The notes under the pieces were generated by a model. The model did not search any database. It had not been told where the DNA came from and was given only the letters and a program-made list of their open reading frames with translations. DNA of 64,000 nt from an uncultured Cellvibrionales bacterium (GTDB lineage: Bacteria > Pseudomonadota > Gammaproteobacteria > Pseudomonadales > GM7GCV1), in NCBI GenBank assembly GCA_913063225.1, contig CAJXYP010000018.1:501-64500 (forward strand). The letters run 5' to 3'. The first letter of the stretch is position 1. Every line of letters starts with the position of its first letter. Of this stretch, positions 38,801 through 48,777 are shown in pieces. A program made the translations under genes and the position numbers.

Positions 38801-39283
38801 CGTATTTACGGTTTCCGTGACCCGGTAGCCGTGTTCAACCAAGGTACTACGAAACTTATTCGGCTGTATCTCGTCGCCCACCTTCAAAGCAAGGGAGCGA
38901 CTGGTTACATAATTCACTGGTGGTAACCGATGCAGCATATTGGCAATGCTGGTAACCAGAATTAGGTTGTCTCCGCGCGCTGCTCGGTGCAACACCTTCA
39001 GCCGTTCGGATATTAGGTCTTCCGCAGGTGAAAACACATCGTAGGGCAGTGTTTCATAATCGCTAAAGAGCGCAAGCCGTGTAGTTTCACTTTTATCCAG
39101 AAAAAAGCGCAGGGCCGAGACCATTTCCTGTGCTTCGTTTGCGGTTCGTGTAATAACCAGAACAGGATTGGCATCAAGGTTTTCTCGAATAGCCAAAGCT
39201 GCGGCACTAAGAGGTAACTCTGGCCAATAGGTAGCTTGTTTAGAATCTTCAGAAAAACTGAGGTGAGAGAACAGCTGTGCCAA
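35822..39283 (-). CDS. mfd: Transcription-repair coupling factor
   Basis: 1153 aa with a UvrB-homology region, CarD-like RID, superfamily-2 helicase motifs (GDVGFGKTE, DEEHRFG) and a TRCF C-terminal domain. Confidence 0.97.
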   Translation of the reverse strand: MAQLFSHLSFSEDSKQATYWPELPLSAAALAIRENLDANPVLVITRTANEAQEMVSALRFFLDKSETTRLALFSDYETLPYDVFSPAEDLISERLKVLHRAARGDNLILVTSIANMLHRLPPVNYVTSRSLALKVGDEIQPNKFRSTLVEHGYRVTETVNTHGEIAIRGSLIDIFAMGMKSPCRIDLFDTEIESIRTFDPETQLTREKITEVNVLPGREFPLDHQSIQDFRTRWHQEFEADPRSSSVYQAITKGYSPQGIESYLPLFFEQTASLLDYLPKQTQLVQLSDLTSATEEFWTQLLHRKEQYSGNIERPLLEPAQLYFSVADCFAAQNYFARVRLGRKQGGPAPKSLPDVAFHYKKENPFAGFKSLCSQLDRVLICAESTGRRELMLETLSSAKGFGELNIRPTNFDSWQAFSDSNDALGICVGEIPSGWIASDYSVALVAENDLLNERVKQQKQEKRKTQSNWANSEEIIRNLTELRPGAPVVHIEHGIGRFIGLETLKVNGADQEFLALVYANDNKLYVPVDSLDLISRYSGADADTAPLHRLGNEQWEKAKRKAREQIRDTAAELLEVYAQRQARQGTALKVDASDYQRFCNEFPFEETEDQLTSIAAVETDMASARPMDRLICGDVGFGKTEIAMRAAFIAASAGTQVIILVPTTLLARQHLETFRDRFANWSVKVDAVSRLKTASEQDATIKTFDEGKLDILIGTHKLLHQDLETKDLGLLIVDEEHRFGVRQKEVLKSLKAEVDLLTLTATPIPRTLNMAMASIRDLSIIATPPARRLAIKTFVQPQENRVVQEAIQRELMRGGQVYFVHNEIRSIERRAQEIAELVPTARIAVAHGQMREQELERIITDFYHQRFDILLCTTIIETGIDIPTANTMIIDRADKFGLAQLHQLRGRVGRSHHQAYAFMLTPDKRSITTDAEKRLIAIEEADHLGSGFALATHDLEIRGAGELLGDSQSGQIQAIGFELYQEMLERAVKDIQAGKTVSLDEDRKQLEIKLGVPALIPEDYLPDVNTRLQLYKRIAGAKSEEALRQLQIEMIDRFGLLSDPIKTLFALTKLKLDATPLGIIKIDIGESSGSVTFIENPPLDPMKLIELVQKYPDQYKLGGSNRLQFFGNFNSAESRLSFLQGFLLGLSTEAVT

Positions 39284-39370
39284 GGTAATTAGGTGTGCAG
39301 TTAGGAGGACACTATTCTAGCGCTTATGGAATTGTCTTTGGTAAATTGGCGACCCCTTTTTTTGTATTTT

Positions 39371-39793
39371 CTATAGCGTTAGGATGGAAATCAAAGTTAC
39401 CACCCAGATAACTATCAATACACAGATGCTTGCAGCGTAGCTGCGGTATCTGTTGCGCACATTGTTTGCGCCCAAGTGTACGTAGCTATGAATAAAACGT
39501 GTTAGCACAAATAACCATGCGCAAATCACGAGGGTTAATGAATTTATACCCGTAATGTAAATTAGTATGCAGCTGATATAGAAAAGCGGTGGAATTTCAA
39601 GCAGGTTGTTTAGGTGGCGAGAATTTTTGAGGCAGGCTGCTGGCTCTTCGCCTTCATTATAAAGTCGATAATACTTGTAGGATATTTCGCCGGATTTAAC
39701 TGCGGCTAGACGCATAAAGAAAGTACGAAACAATACATAGACGGTTAGGGCCAGCATTGGGAAAATCGGGTACAAAATTAGGGTGTTTTGCAT
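39371..39793 (-). CDS. MAPEG-family membrane protein
   Basis: 140 aa with four TM segments and an …RHLNNLLEIPPLFY… MAPEG-like motif. Confidence 0.55.
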   Translation of the reverse strand: MQNTLILYPIFPMLALTVYVLFRTFFMRLAAVKSGEISYKYYRLYNEGEEPAACLKNSRHLNNLLEIPPLFYISCILIYITGINSLTLVICAWLFVLTRFIHSYVHLGANNVRNRYRSYAASICVLIVIWVVTLISILTL

Positions 39794-39947
39794 TGCATAC
39801 TGCTCAATTTAGTATCTGTTTGATCGAATGGTAACGCTATTAGGCCCTGAGCCGTATTAGTTTTGGTAGGTAGTTAAATCGATTTGGCTAACGCGGTTTC
39901 TGTCTCTATAATGCCGCGCTCAAATAGTCCCTTTTCGGAAGCTTAAA

Positions 39948-41417
39948 TTGACCACAATTAATCGACCCGTCCCAGACGATTTTTTCAAAGATTGGAAAGA
40001 TCGCGAAGCGCTAGCTGAATCCATGATCCCTATGATCGGCAAGCTACACCGTGATAACAATGTAGCCTGTTATATCTATGGTCGTAATCTGATGAATCGA
40101 TCGGTTATCGATATTATGAAATCGCATCGATTTGTGCGTCAGGTTGAGCGCAATGAGCTGTCTGAGTTTGAAACTTTCCCGGTATTGGAAGAGCTCGCCA
40201 AGCTAAATCTGGGCCCAGCCCACATTGATGTTGGTCGAATTGCTTCCCAATACATGAATGATGATCATGGTCTTTCGCTTGCTGACTATGTTCGGCAAGA
40301 AGTTGGCGATGCGGCAGATAATCCATCCGCTCCACTTCCCAAGCCGCAGCATGTGGTTCTTTACGGATTTGGCCGTATTGGCCGGTTGATGTGTCGCTTA
40401 ATGGCGGAAAAATCCGGCGGTGGTCAGGCGTTACGATTGCGCGCCGTAGTGGTTCGCAGCAGTAAAGACCCCGTTAAAGATTTGATTAAGCGCGCCAGCT
40501 TACTGCGCCGTGATTCTATTCATGGTGGTTTTAAGGGCACTATTAGAGTGCTTGAAGCAGAAAGCCAGCTGGTGGTTAACGGCAATGTGATTCAGTTTAT
40601 CTATGCCAAATCACCCCGTGATATTGATTACACCGAATACGGTATTCATGACGCTATTGTTGTAGATAACACAGGTGCATGGAGAGATGAAGCGGGCCTT
40701 AGTCAGCATCTTGAAGCTAAGGGTGTTTCCAAGGTATTGCTTACGGCTCCGGGTAAAGGCGGCATTAAAAATATCGTATCGGGTATTAATCACGAGCTGA
40801 TTGATTCGGACAACGACAAAATTATTTCTGCGGCTTCCTGTACCACTAACGCCATTGTTCCAGCGCTGAAACTGATCAATGACGAATATGGTGTTGAACG
40901 GGGTCACGTTGAAACCGTTCACGCTTATACGAATGACCAAAATCTGACGGATAACTTCCACAGCGCCGAGCGGCGTGGACGAAGTGCTGCCATGAATATG
41001 GTATTAACTGAAACCGGTGCGGCCAAAGCAGTAGCGGTAGCTCTTCCTGAGTTGGCGGGCAAGCTGACTGGGAATGCGATTCGTGTGCCTACTCCGAACG
41101 TTTCGATGGCTATTCTCAATCTGACGCTTACTAATGCGGTAGAGCGTGATGCGTTGAACGAGTTTATGCGTAACGCCGCGTTGCGTTCACCACTGCTAAA
41201 GCAAATCGAATATACCGATTCACCTGAAGTGGTTTCGTCAGATTTTATTGGATCTCGCACTGCTTGTATCTACGATGCCAAGGCGACCATCACTAACGGT
41301 AACTCCGCGATAATTTATCTTTGGTATGACAACGAGTTTGGTTATACCTGCCAGGTTCACCGTGTGCTGGAGAAATTCGCTGGTGTGGATTATGCGACCT
41401 ATCCTAAGAAGGCCTAG
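39948..41417 (+). CDS. Glyceraldehyde-3-phosphate dehydrogenase, long form with N-terminal extension; TTG start
   Basis: 489 aa; …LYGFGRIGR…, the catalytic SCTTN appears as AASCTTNAIVP, and the GAPDH C-terminal domain includes WYDNEFGY. Confidence 0.85.
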   Translation: MTTINRPVPDDFFKDWKDREALAESMIPMIGKLHRDNNVACYIYGRNLMNRSVIDIMKSHRFVRQVERNELSEFETFPVLEELAKLNLGPAHIDVGRIASQYMNDDHGLSLADYVRQEVGDAADNPSAPLPKPQHVVLYGFGRIGRLMCRLMAEKSGGGQALRLRAVVVRSSKDPVKDLIKRASLLRRDSIHGGFKGTIRVLEAESQLVVNGNVIQFIYAKSPRDIDYTEYGIHDAIVVDNTGAWRDEAGLSQHLEAKGVSKVLLTAPGKGGIKNIVSGINHELIDSDNDKIISAASCTTNAIVPALKLINDEYGVERGHVETVHAYTNDQNLTDNFHSAERRGRSAAMNMVLTETGAAKAVAVALPELAGKLTGNAIRVPTPNVSMAILNLTLTNAVERDALNEFMRNAALRSPLLKQIEYTDSPEVVSSDFIGSRTACIYDAKATITNGNSAIIYLWYDNEFGYTCQVHRVLEKFAGVDYATYPKKA

Positions 41418-41508
41418 TGCTGAAAAGCAGAGCGCAATAAAGTATAGACGCGTGCCTAGGGCCTGATAGCTCTAGATTCTTGATCTAAGACTTCTTAATC
41501 TTAAATAG

Positions 41509-41542
41509 GGGCCGGAAAGATTCATTTCCCCGGCCTTTTTTA
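41509..41542 (+). terminator. Rho-independent terminator downstream of the GAPDH gene
   Basis: GGCCGG (41510-41515) pairs with CCGGCC (41530-41535) and is followed by TTTTTT. Confidence 0.55.
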
Positions 41543-41791
41543 TTTCAATACCTAATAAAAAAGTCATTAACATACAGTAAGTTGAGCAATGCGCCGATCT
41601 GGGTATTTGGGTAGGTAAAAGGGTATTTGTCTCTAGATTTTTTGGCGCTGAATCTCTATAATCCTGCGCTGCCGTTGACGACCAAATTCAGCATCTTTCC
41701 AAGATCTGATTAATTGCCTTTTTTAAGGCAATGCGCATAGGAATAGGCGTTTCAAAAGATTTCCATTCGATCAAACAAGTGGTTTGAGTTT

Positions 41792-43138
41792 ATGATCTCG
41801 ATTAAGCGAGGCCTTAATGTGCCTCTCTCTGGTTCTCCTCGTCAGGAAGTTGGCGATCGGAAGCCGATTACGCAAGTAGCTTTGCTAGGACAGGACTACG
41901 TCGGCATGAAGCCGACCATGTTGGTTCAAGAGGGCGATACGGTTGCCCTGGGCCAGAAGCTATTTGAAGATAAAAAGAACCCAGGCGTTTTTTATACCGC
42001 TCCAGCAGCGGGTAAAGTTGCGGCTATTAACCGCGGCGAACGTCGAATTTTTCGTTCCTTAGTTATTGATGTAGATGACAGCGGCGAAAAGCGCAGCTTT
42101 CAGACCTTTACGGAATCGCAGCTGATTAAGCTCGATGCAAATACCGTTGCAGCTCAGCTAATCGACAGCGGCCTCTGGACTGCTTTACGCACCCGCCCTT
42201 ACAGCAAGGTACCCGCAGCTGATTCACGACCCGCAGCAATCTTTGTCTCCGCCATGGATACGAATCCTCTCGCCGGTGACCCCGCCTTAATGATTAGTCA
42301 CCATCAGTCTGATTTTGCCGCAGGCTTAGCGGCTCTATCTACACTGACCAATGGTTCGGTCTTTGTGGGCAAGGCAAAAGGAAGTTCAATTCCTGAAGCC
42401 GCCAACGAAAAAATCAAAGTTGAAGAGTTTTCTGGTCCGCATCCTGCGGGACTGGTCGGAACTCATATCCACAAACTCTATCCAGCTGCCGCATCGCGCG
42501 TAGTCTGGACCATCGGTTATCAAGACGTTGTAGCTGTTGGAGCGCTGTTTTTGACGGGAGAACTTTGGGTAGACCGTTTGGTGTCTCTAGCGGGGCCGCA
42601 GGTCGAAAACCCTCGTCTAATAAAATCTAGACTGGGTGCCAGTATTGAAGAAATAATCAAAGACGAATTGAAAGAAGGCGAAAATAGACTGATTTCCGGA
42701 TCTGTCTTAAGTGGCACAGCCGCTGCTCCGGGCACGGCCTTCCTGGGCCGATATCACGTTCAGCTAAGTGTATTGGAAGAAGGCCGTGACCGCCCAATGC
42801 TGCACTACGTGCAGGCTGGCAGAGAACGCTATTCATCCTTGCCAATTTATATTTCAAGTTTAGATAAGAAGCGCCAGTGGAATTTGACCACCACAACCAA
42901 TGGTAGTGACCGAGCGATGGTACCCATAGGTGCTTACGAGGCAATAATGCCACTAGACATATTACCGACTCAGTTACTTAGGGCATTGATCGTTGGTGAT
43001 ACCGAGACCGCCCAAAATCTGGGTGCTCTTGAGTTAGATGAAGAGGATTTGGCTTTGTGTACTTTTGTCTGTCCTGGCAAATACGAATATGGGCCCATAT
43101 TGCGGGATAACCTTACTCGTATCGAGCAGGAGGGATAG
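41792..43138 (+). CDS. nqrA: Na+-translocating NADH:quinone oxidoreductase subunit A
   Basis: MISIKRGLNVPLSGSP… is a canonical NqrA start. First gene of the nqrA-F set. Confidence 0.95.
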   Translation: MISIKRGLNVPLSGSPRQEVGDRKPITQVALLGQDYVGMKPTMLVQEGDTVALGQKLFEDKKNPGVFYTAPAAGKVAAINRGERRIFRSLVIDVDDSGEKRSFQTFTESQLIKLDANTVAAQLIDSGLWTALRTRPYSKVPAADSRPAAIFVSAMDTNPLAGDPALMISHHQSDFAAGLAALSTLTNGSVFVGKAKGSSIPEAANEKIKVEEFSGPHPAGLVGTHIHKLYPAAASRVVWTIGYQDVVAVGALFLTGELWVDRLVSLAGPQVENPRLIKSRLGASIEEIIKDELKEGENRLISGSVLSGTAAAPGTAFLGRYHVQLSVLEEGRDRPMLHYVQAGRERYSSLPIYISSLDKKRQWNLTTTTNGSDRAMVPIGAYEAIMPLDILPTQLLRALIVGDTETAQNLGALELDEEDLALCTFVCPGKYEYGPILRDNLTRIEQEG

Positions 43139-43284
43139 ATGGACACCTCTAAAAATGCACTTTTCACGCTCTGTCAGGCTTGGAACCCTACTCTCTCAGT
43201 CACATATTCCTGTATCTACTCCATTCGCTGTGCGCGGCTCCGCCTTACCAGAACGCGAAAATCACTATTTGTAAAGGTGTCCAA

Positions 43285-44487
43285 ATGAGTCTGCGCAATT
43301 ACATTGAGGGGTTAGCGCCGCATTTCCAGAAGGGCGCTAAACACGAAAAATGGTACCCGTTATACGAAGCGGTAGACACTATCTTCTATATGCCAAGCCG
43401 GGTTACCTACACTGGGTCCCATATTCGCGATGGCATAGATCTTAAGCGCATTATGATCACGGTTTGGGCCTGTACTTTTCCAGCCATGTTCTATGGTATG
43501 TGGAATCTGGGTTTTCAGGCAAATACTTATATTGAACTGAACGGTTTGGCTGGTAGTGGTACTTGGCGCGATATGTTTATAGGCTTGCTGTCTAGCTATA
43601 ACCCAGACTCCTGGTGGGATAATTTCTGGTATGGCGCCTGTTTTTTCCTACCCATTTATATAACAGTATTTGCGGTTGGCGCTTTTTGGGAAGTATTGTT
43701 TGCCACTATCCGCAAGCACGAAATCAACGAAGGTTTCTTTGTTACCTCGGTGCTATTTGCCCTGACTTGCCCTCCCGATCTGCCTTTATGGATGGCCGCG
43801 CTAGGTATTAGCTTCGGTATCGTGATCGGTAAAGAGGTATTTGGCGGAACCGGCAAAAACTTCCTTAACCCTGCGCTTTCTGGCCGGGCTTTCCTATACT
43901 TTGCCTATCCAGCCTCTATGAGTGGAGACGGGGTATGGACTGCTGTTGATGGCTTTACGGGTGCGACCATGCTGAGTGTTGGTGCGCAGGACGGTATGGC
44001 GGCCATATATGAGCAAATGACCTGGCTAGATGCCTTTATGGGCAATATGCAGGGCTCCATTGGTGAGACCTCTACGATGATGCTGTTAATCGGCGGCGCG
44101 GTTCTGATGATTATGCGCATCGCCAGCTGGCGTATTGTGCTTGGAACATTTGTGGGAATGATTGCGACGGCTTTATTGTTTAATTCAATCGGCAGTGAAG
44201 ACAACCTCATGTTCGCCATGCCGCCGCACTGGCATTTTGTTCTTGGTGGCTTCGCCTTTGGCATGATATTTATGACCACAGACCCGGTTTCGGCAGCGAT
44301 GACTAATGTCGGTCGTTTCTGGTACGGCGGCCTGATTGGATTTATGTGCGTACTTATTCGAGTGGTTAATCCGGCTTTCCCCGAAGGCATAATGTTGGCC
44401 ATTCTATTTGCAAACCTGTTCGCGCCACTTATTGACCACTTTGTGGTTAAGGCAAATATCAAAAGGAGGATGAAACGTGTCAAATGA
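43285..44487 (+). CDS. nqrB: Na+-NQR subunit B (start taken at the ATG at 43285, not the longer ORF starting at 43180)
   Basis: [29 protein letters not shown]… is a canonical NqrB N-terminus. The FMN attachment region reads …[12 protein letters not shown]…DGFTGATML. Confidence 0.93.
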   Translation: MSLRNYIEGLAPHFQKGAKHEKWYPLYEAVDTIFYMPSRVTYTGSHIRDGIDLKRIMITVWACTFPAMFYGMWNLGFQANTYIELNGLAGSGTWRDMFIGLLSSYNPDSWWDNFWYGACFFLPIYITVFAVGAFWEVLFATIRKHEINEGFFVTSVLFALTCPPDLPLWMAALGISFGIVIGKEVFGGTGKNFLNPALSGRAFLYFAYPASMSGDGVWTAVDGFTGATMLSVGAQDGMAAIYEQMTWLDAFMGNMQGSIGETSTMMLLIGGAVLMIMRIASWRIVLGTFVGMIATALLFNSIGSEDNLMFAMPPHWHFVLGGFAFGMIFMTTDPVSAAMTNVGRFWYGGLIGFMCVLIRVVNPAFPEGIMLAILFANLFAPLIDHFVVKANIKRRMKRVK

Positions 44488-45253
44488 TACGGTAGGTAAA
44501 ACCCTGCTAGTCGCCTTCAGCGTCTGTTTGGTTTGTGCAGTTGTGGTATCCACCGCAGCCGTTGCACTAAAGCCACTACAAGACGCCAACATCGAGCGCG
44601 ATAGGCAGCAAAATATATTGGCCGCAGCGGGCCTGTTAGATGAATCAATGACGGTGGAAGAGCAGTTTTCCTCGGTTCAGGTGCGAGCGGTAGATTTATC
44701 TACGGGCCTTTACACTAATGAAATTGATCCAGCTACCTACAATCATTTGAAAGCGGCTAAAAACGCTGATCTGTCCTCTTCATTCCAAGAGTTGGATACA
44801 AGAGACATTGCCAAGATTGGCCGTCGCGAAAACTACGCGGTGGTTTATCTGGTTGAAGATGAGCGTGGTCAGTTGGATAAGGTTATTTTGCCAATCCGCG
44901 GATATGGTCTCTGGTCTACCATGCAGGGCTTTCTTGCTCTCGAGGAAGATTTAAATACCGTTGCAGGCATCGGCTTTTTTGCCGATGGAGAAACTCCTGG
45001 GCTAGGTGGCGAAATCAATAATCCCGACTGGAAAGCCCAGTGGATTAATAAGGCAGCCTTTAATAACGGTGAGCTAGCGCTAGGGGTTCTTAAAGGTTTG
45101 GTAGTAGAGGGAACGCCAGGTGCTGAGTCGGCAGTAGATGGGTTGTCTGGTGCGACACTGACTAGTAAAGGCGTGGATAACCTAATCAAATTTTGGCTGG
45201 GCGAAAATGGCTTTAGGCCGTTTTTGGACAACCTGAAAGTAGGGGAGGCCTAA
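44477..45253 (+). CDS. nqrC: Na+-NQR subunit C
   Basis: 258 aa with a single N-terminal TM segment and the FMN-binding SGATLTS motif. Confidence 0.93.
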   Translation: MSNDTVGKTLLVAFSVCLVCAVVVSTAAVALKPLQDANIERDRQQNILAAAGLLDESMTVEEQFSSVQVRAVDLSTGLYTNEIDPATYNHLKAAKNADLSSSFQELDTRDIAKIGRRENYAVVYLVEDERGQLDKVILPIRGYGLWSTMQGFLALEEDLNTVAGIGFFADGETPGLGGEINNPDWKAQWINKAAFNNGELALGVLKGLVVEGTPGAESAVDGLSGATLTSKGVDNLIKFWLGENGFRPFLDNLKVGEA

Positions 45254-45254
45254 G

Positions 45255-45905
45255 ATGTTAAAGGCAGCTAAAGAAGCCCTGCTAGATCCGATTTTTAATA
45301 ACAATCCGATCGCACTACAAATTCTTGGTATCTGTTCTGCACTAGCCGTTACGTCGAGCCTGTCAGTTACTGTGGTGATGTGTATTGCCCTAACGCTGGT
45401 AACTGGATTTTCTAACTTTTTTATATCTTTGGTACGAAAGCAGATTCCGAACAGCATTCGCATTATTGTTCAAATGACTATTATCGCGTCTTTGGTTATT
45501 GTGGTTGATCAGTGCCTTAAGGCCTACGCTTACGAAATTAGTAAGCAGCTCTCAGTATTTGTTGGTTTGATTATCACCAACTGCATCGTTATGGGGCGTG
45601 CTGAAGCCTTTGCTATGAAAAACCCGCCGGTTGTGAGTTTTATCGATGGTATTGGCAACGGATTGGGCTACAGCATAATGCTTATAGCTCTGGCCTTTGT
45701 GCGTGAACTGTTTGGCTCCGGAAGCCTGTTTGGATTTGACGTTATGCCAGCTTGGTATGTACCGAATGGGCTGCTTCTCTTACCACCTAGCGCGTTCTTC
45801 CTTATCGGCCTGTTCATCTGGGCTCTGCGCAGTTGGAAAACTGATCAGGTGGAGGCTCCAGATTTTAAAATTTGCGCTCATTCAGAAGCTTCGGAGGCCC
45901 ACTAA
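45255..45905 (+). CDS. nqrD: Na+-NQR subunit D
   Basis: 216 aa; …[24 protein letters not shown]… is typical of NqrD/RnfE. Confidence 0.93.
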   Translation: MLKAAKEALLDPIFNNNPIALQILGICSALAVTSSLSVTVVMCIALTLVTGFSNFFISLVRKQIPNSIRIIVQMTIIASLVIVVDQCLKAYAYEISKQLSVFVGLIITNCIVMGRAEAFAMKNPPVVSFIDGIGNGLGYSIMLIALAFVRELFGSGSLFGFDVMPAWYVPNGLLLLPPSAFFLIGLFIWALRSWKTDQVEAPDFKICAHSEASEAH

Positions 45906-46522
45906 TGTTTGAACAACTATTAGGCCTATTTGTGCGCTCGATCTTTATCGAGAACATGGCCCTGGCCTTCTTCTTGGGTATGTGTACTTTCTTGGCTATT
46001 TCCAAAAAAGTCGACGCAGCTATTGGTCTTGGTATTGCCGTAATTGTGGTTCTTTCGATAACGGTTCCGGTCAACAACCTGCTTCTTACCTATCTGCTGA
46101 ATGAAGGCGCTTTGGTTTGGATTAGCGAAAGCTTAGGTGGCGTTGATTTACGCTTCTTGGGGCTGCTTAGCTATATCGGTGTAATTGCTGCCATTGTTCA
46201 AATCATGGAAATGTTTTTGGATAAATATGTTCCAGCGTTATATGCGGCTCTTGGTGTGTTTTTGCCGCTTATAACCGTGAATTGCGCCATTTTGGGAGCC
46301 TCTCTCTTTATGGTTGAGCGGGACTATAACTTTGCGGAATCAGCCGTATTCGGATTGGGGTCTGGCGTGGGTTGGGCGTTGGCTATTACCGCGTTGGCCG
46401 GTATCCGTGAAAAACTGAAATACAGCGATGTGCCCCCTGGCTTGCAAGGCTTGGGCATTACTTTTATCACTGTTGGCTTGATGTCTCTTGGCTTCATGTC
46501 CTTCGGTGGTATTGATATTTAG
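45905..46522 (+). CDS. nqrE: Na+-NQR subunit E (the ATG overlaps the nqrD stop, TAATG)
   Basis: [31 protein letters not shown] is a canonical NqrE start. Confidence 0.93.
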   Translation: MFEQLLGLFVRSIFIENMALAFFLGMCTFLAISKKVDAAIGLGIAVIVVLSITVPVNNLLLTYLLNEGALVWISESLGGVDLRFLGLLSYIGVIAAIVQIMEMFLDKYVPALYAALGVFLPLITVNCAILGASLFMVERDYNFAESAVFGLGSGVGWALAITALAGIREKLKYSDVPPGLQGLGITFITVGLMSLGFMSFGGIDI

Positions 46523-46541
46523 TACCTGAATTAGAGAGATT

Positions 46542-47777
46542 TTGATGGATTTAGTAACCCTGACGATCATCGTTGGTGTAGCCATGTTTACCGTTATCGT
46601 ACTGGCGCTGGTGGCGATTATTTTGATTGCGCGCAAGCAAATGGTCAGCACGGGCAGTGTGTCCATTGTGGTCAATGACGAAAAGACTTTGTCAGTTCCA
46701 GCCGGTGGAAAACTACTGAATACTTTAGCTGACGGCGAGCTATTTCTGGCTTCGGCTTGTGGCGGCGGTGGTACCTGCGCCCAGTGCAAATGCATAGTGC
46801 AAGAAGGCGGCGGTTCTATATTGCCCACTGAGTTATCTCACTTCACTCCACGTGAAGTTCGCGAAGGCTGGCGTTTGTCCTGCCAGGTTCCTGTTAAGCA
46901 GGATATGAAGGTAGTGGTTCCCGAAGAGGTTTTTGGCGTTAAACAATGGGAATGTGAGGTTGTTAGCAACGACAATGTGGCCACCTTTATCAAGGAGCTG
47001 CATTTGAAACTGCCTGAAGGCGAGAATGTTGATTTTATGGCTGGTGGCTATGTTCAACTAGAGCGGCCTGCTTGCCATATTAAATACGAAGATTTTGATA
47101 TTGGTGAAGAATACCGAGGCGATTGGGAGCACTTTGGCTTTTTTAAGATTGAGTCGGTAACTAGTGAGCCGGTTATTCGCGCTTATTCCATGGCCAACTA
47201 TCCTGAAGAGAAGGGTATTCTTAAGTTCAATATTCGAATTGCGACTCCGCCGCCTAGAACACAAGGATTACCGCCCGGAATAATGTCATCTTGGGTATTC
47301 AGCTTAAAAGCTGGTGACAAAGTAAATGTCTTTGGTCCCTTTGGCGATTTTTTCGCCCGTGATACCGAAGCAGAGATGGTATTTATCGGCGGTGGTGCTG
47401 GCATGGCTCCCATGCGTTCACATATCTTCGATCAGTTAGATCGACTTAATGCCACGCGCAAAATCAGCTTCTGGTATGGCGCTCGCAGCATGCGTGAGGC
47501 TTTTTATACAGAGGAATACAACAAGCTTCAGGACGATAATGAGAATTTCGAGTGGCACCTAGCACTTTCTGATCCTCAGCCTGAAGACAACTGGGAAGGT
47601 GATACCGGCTTTATCCACAATGTGTTGCTGGAAAACTACCTTAAAGATCATCCGGCTCCAGAAGACTGTGAATACTATATGTGTGGGCCACCGATGATGA
47701 ACGCCGCCTGTATCGATATGCTGGTTAATATGGGTGTTGAGCGAGAAAACATACTACTAGACGACTTTGGCGGATAA
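46542..47777 (+). CDS. nqrF: Na+-NQR subunit F
   Basis: N-terminal TM segment, 2Fe-2S ferredoxin motif [12 protein letters not shown], and an FAD/NADH-binding domain ([15 protein letters not shown]). Confidence 0.95.
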   Translation: MMDLVTLTIIVGVAMFTVIVLALVAIILIARKQMVSTGSVSIVVNDEKTLSVPAGGKLLNTLADGELFLASACGGGGTCAQCKCIVQEGGGSILPTELSHFTPREVREGWRLSCQVPVKQDMKVVVPEEVFGVKQWECEVVSNDNVATFIKELHLKLPEGENVDFMAGGYVQLERPACHIKYEDFDIGEEYRGDWEHFGFFKIESVTSEPVIRAYSMANYPEEKGILKFNIRIATPPPRTQGLPPGIMSSWVFSLKAGDKVNVFGPFGDFFARDTEAEMVFIGGGAGMAPMRSHIFDQLDRLNATRKISFWYGARSMREAFYTEEYNKLQDDNENFEWHLALSDPQPEDNWEGDTGFIHNVLLENYLKDHPAPEDCEYYMCGPPMMNAACIDMLVNMGVERENILLDDFGG

Positions 47778-48006
47778 ATCCCCACTCTTTATTAGTACTT
47801 TCGGCGTTGATGTGGTGCGTATGGAGAGGAGTCCCGTATGCCGGATTTCCAGCAGCATAAAACCGGCCGAACTCTCGTGTATTATATATATACTTCGGTT
47901 TCTGCACGCGCCGTCGTCTTGAAATCATCTAAAAATAGCAAAAATCGCCTTTCGTTCTAAATCCCAGTCTTCTGAAACCAATCGCTTGTCTTTGAGTCCA
48001 ACGGAT

Positions 48007-48246
48007 ATGCAAACATTCTTTATATCTTTATTCGCCTTCCTAATCGTCATGACCATCATGGCAGTTGGCGTAATAATGGGTCGCAAACCTATTTTGGGTT
48101 CTTGCGGTGGAGTTGGCGTTGCTTTGGGTGAGGTGGATTACGAATGTAATTTGTGCGGTGGAGACGAAGCAAAGTGTGAGTCTATAAATGTCGCTAAATC
48201 TGATAGTGGGCAGGAATCAAAAGGCAGCTTCTACACTCCCGAATAA
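48007..48246 (+). CDS. nqrM: (Na+)-NQR maturation protein NqrM
   Basis: Small one-TM protein with the GSCGG…C..CGG cysteine motif (ILGSCGGVGVALGEVDYECNLCGGDEAKCE), located downstream of nqrF. Confidence 0.75.
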   Translation: MQTFFISLFAFLIVMTIMAVGVIMGRKPILGSCGGVGVALGEVDYECNLCGGDEAKCESINVAKSDSGQESKGSFYTPE

Positions 48247-48365
48247 AGGGCTAGCTAGTAAGCCTGAATCGTCGAGTGCGTTCTGGAAAGAACTAAGGCG
48301 CTGCTTGGCATAATATGTACCGAATGCAAAACCCTATCCTTCTCAAAATAGACCGAAAAATCGTT

Positions 48366-48587
48366 TTAGTGCCAAATAGCTATTGGCGGTTCGCCAACGG
48401 CTTCACTGATACTAGCTGGCTGACCAAATATTTCAGAAACATCTGACGCAGACATCCCTCTCAGCGGCGTTTCTAGATTGGACGTTTTTTGTGACCCCAC
48501 GGGAATTCGAGCTTGTTGAGCAATAGCCGTGTCAGCAATTAGATCGGCGATTAAGAAAACCGTTGTAAGAAGTATAATTAACCTCAT
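48366..48587 (-). CDS. Small secreted hypothetical protein
   Basis: A strong GGAGG SD lies 5 nt before the ATG at 48587. Signal peptide MRLIILLTTVFLIADLIADTAIAQ. Confidence 0.5.
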   Translation of the reverse strand: MRLIILLTTVFLIADLIADTAIAQQARIPVGSQKTSNLETPLRGMSASDVSEIFGQPASISEAVGEPPIAIWH

Positions 48588-48777
48588 GACAACCTCCGTG
48601 GAATCCATTGAGACTCTTGATGCGACAAAGCCTATCCTATTTCGTACTATGTCAGGCACTGTTAGGGGCGGCCTTATTGGTGTTAAAAGTCAAAACCGCC
48701 AACGCATAGATACTTTTATTGAGAACAGGTACTAAGATTGAATCCACAAGCGCAGATTAGGAACAAGTAATAGATCT

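Noticed and set aside
41601-41629. Direct repeat gggtatttg…gggtatttg upstream of nqrA as a regulator binding site
   Set aside because: It is only a 9-nt repeat seen once, with no palindromic partner and no known matching motif. I noted it but cannot support it.
43180-43284. Longer nqrB starting at 43180 ([14 protein letters not shown]…)
   Set aside because: The extension is unlike any NqrB N-terminus, whereas the ATG at 43285 gives the canonical [17 protein letters not shown]… start.
47725-47928. 67-aa minus-strand ORF in the nqrF-nqrM spacer as a possible apbE remnant
   Set aside because: It overlaps the nqrF 3' end, is on the wrong strand for the operon, has no SD, and shows no ApbE-like motifs.
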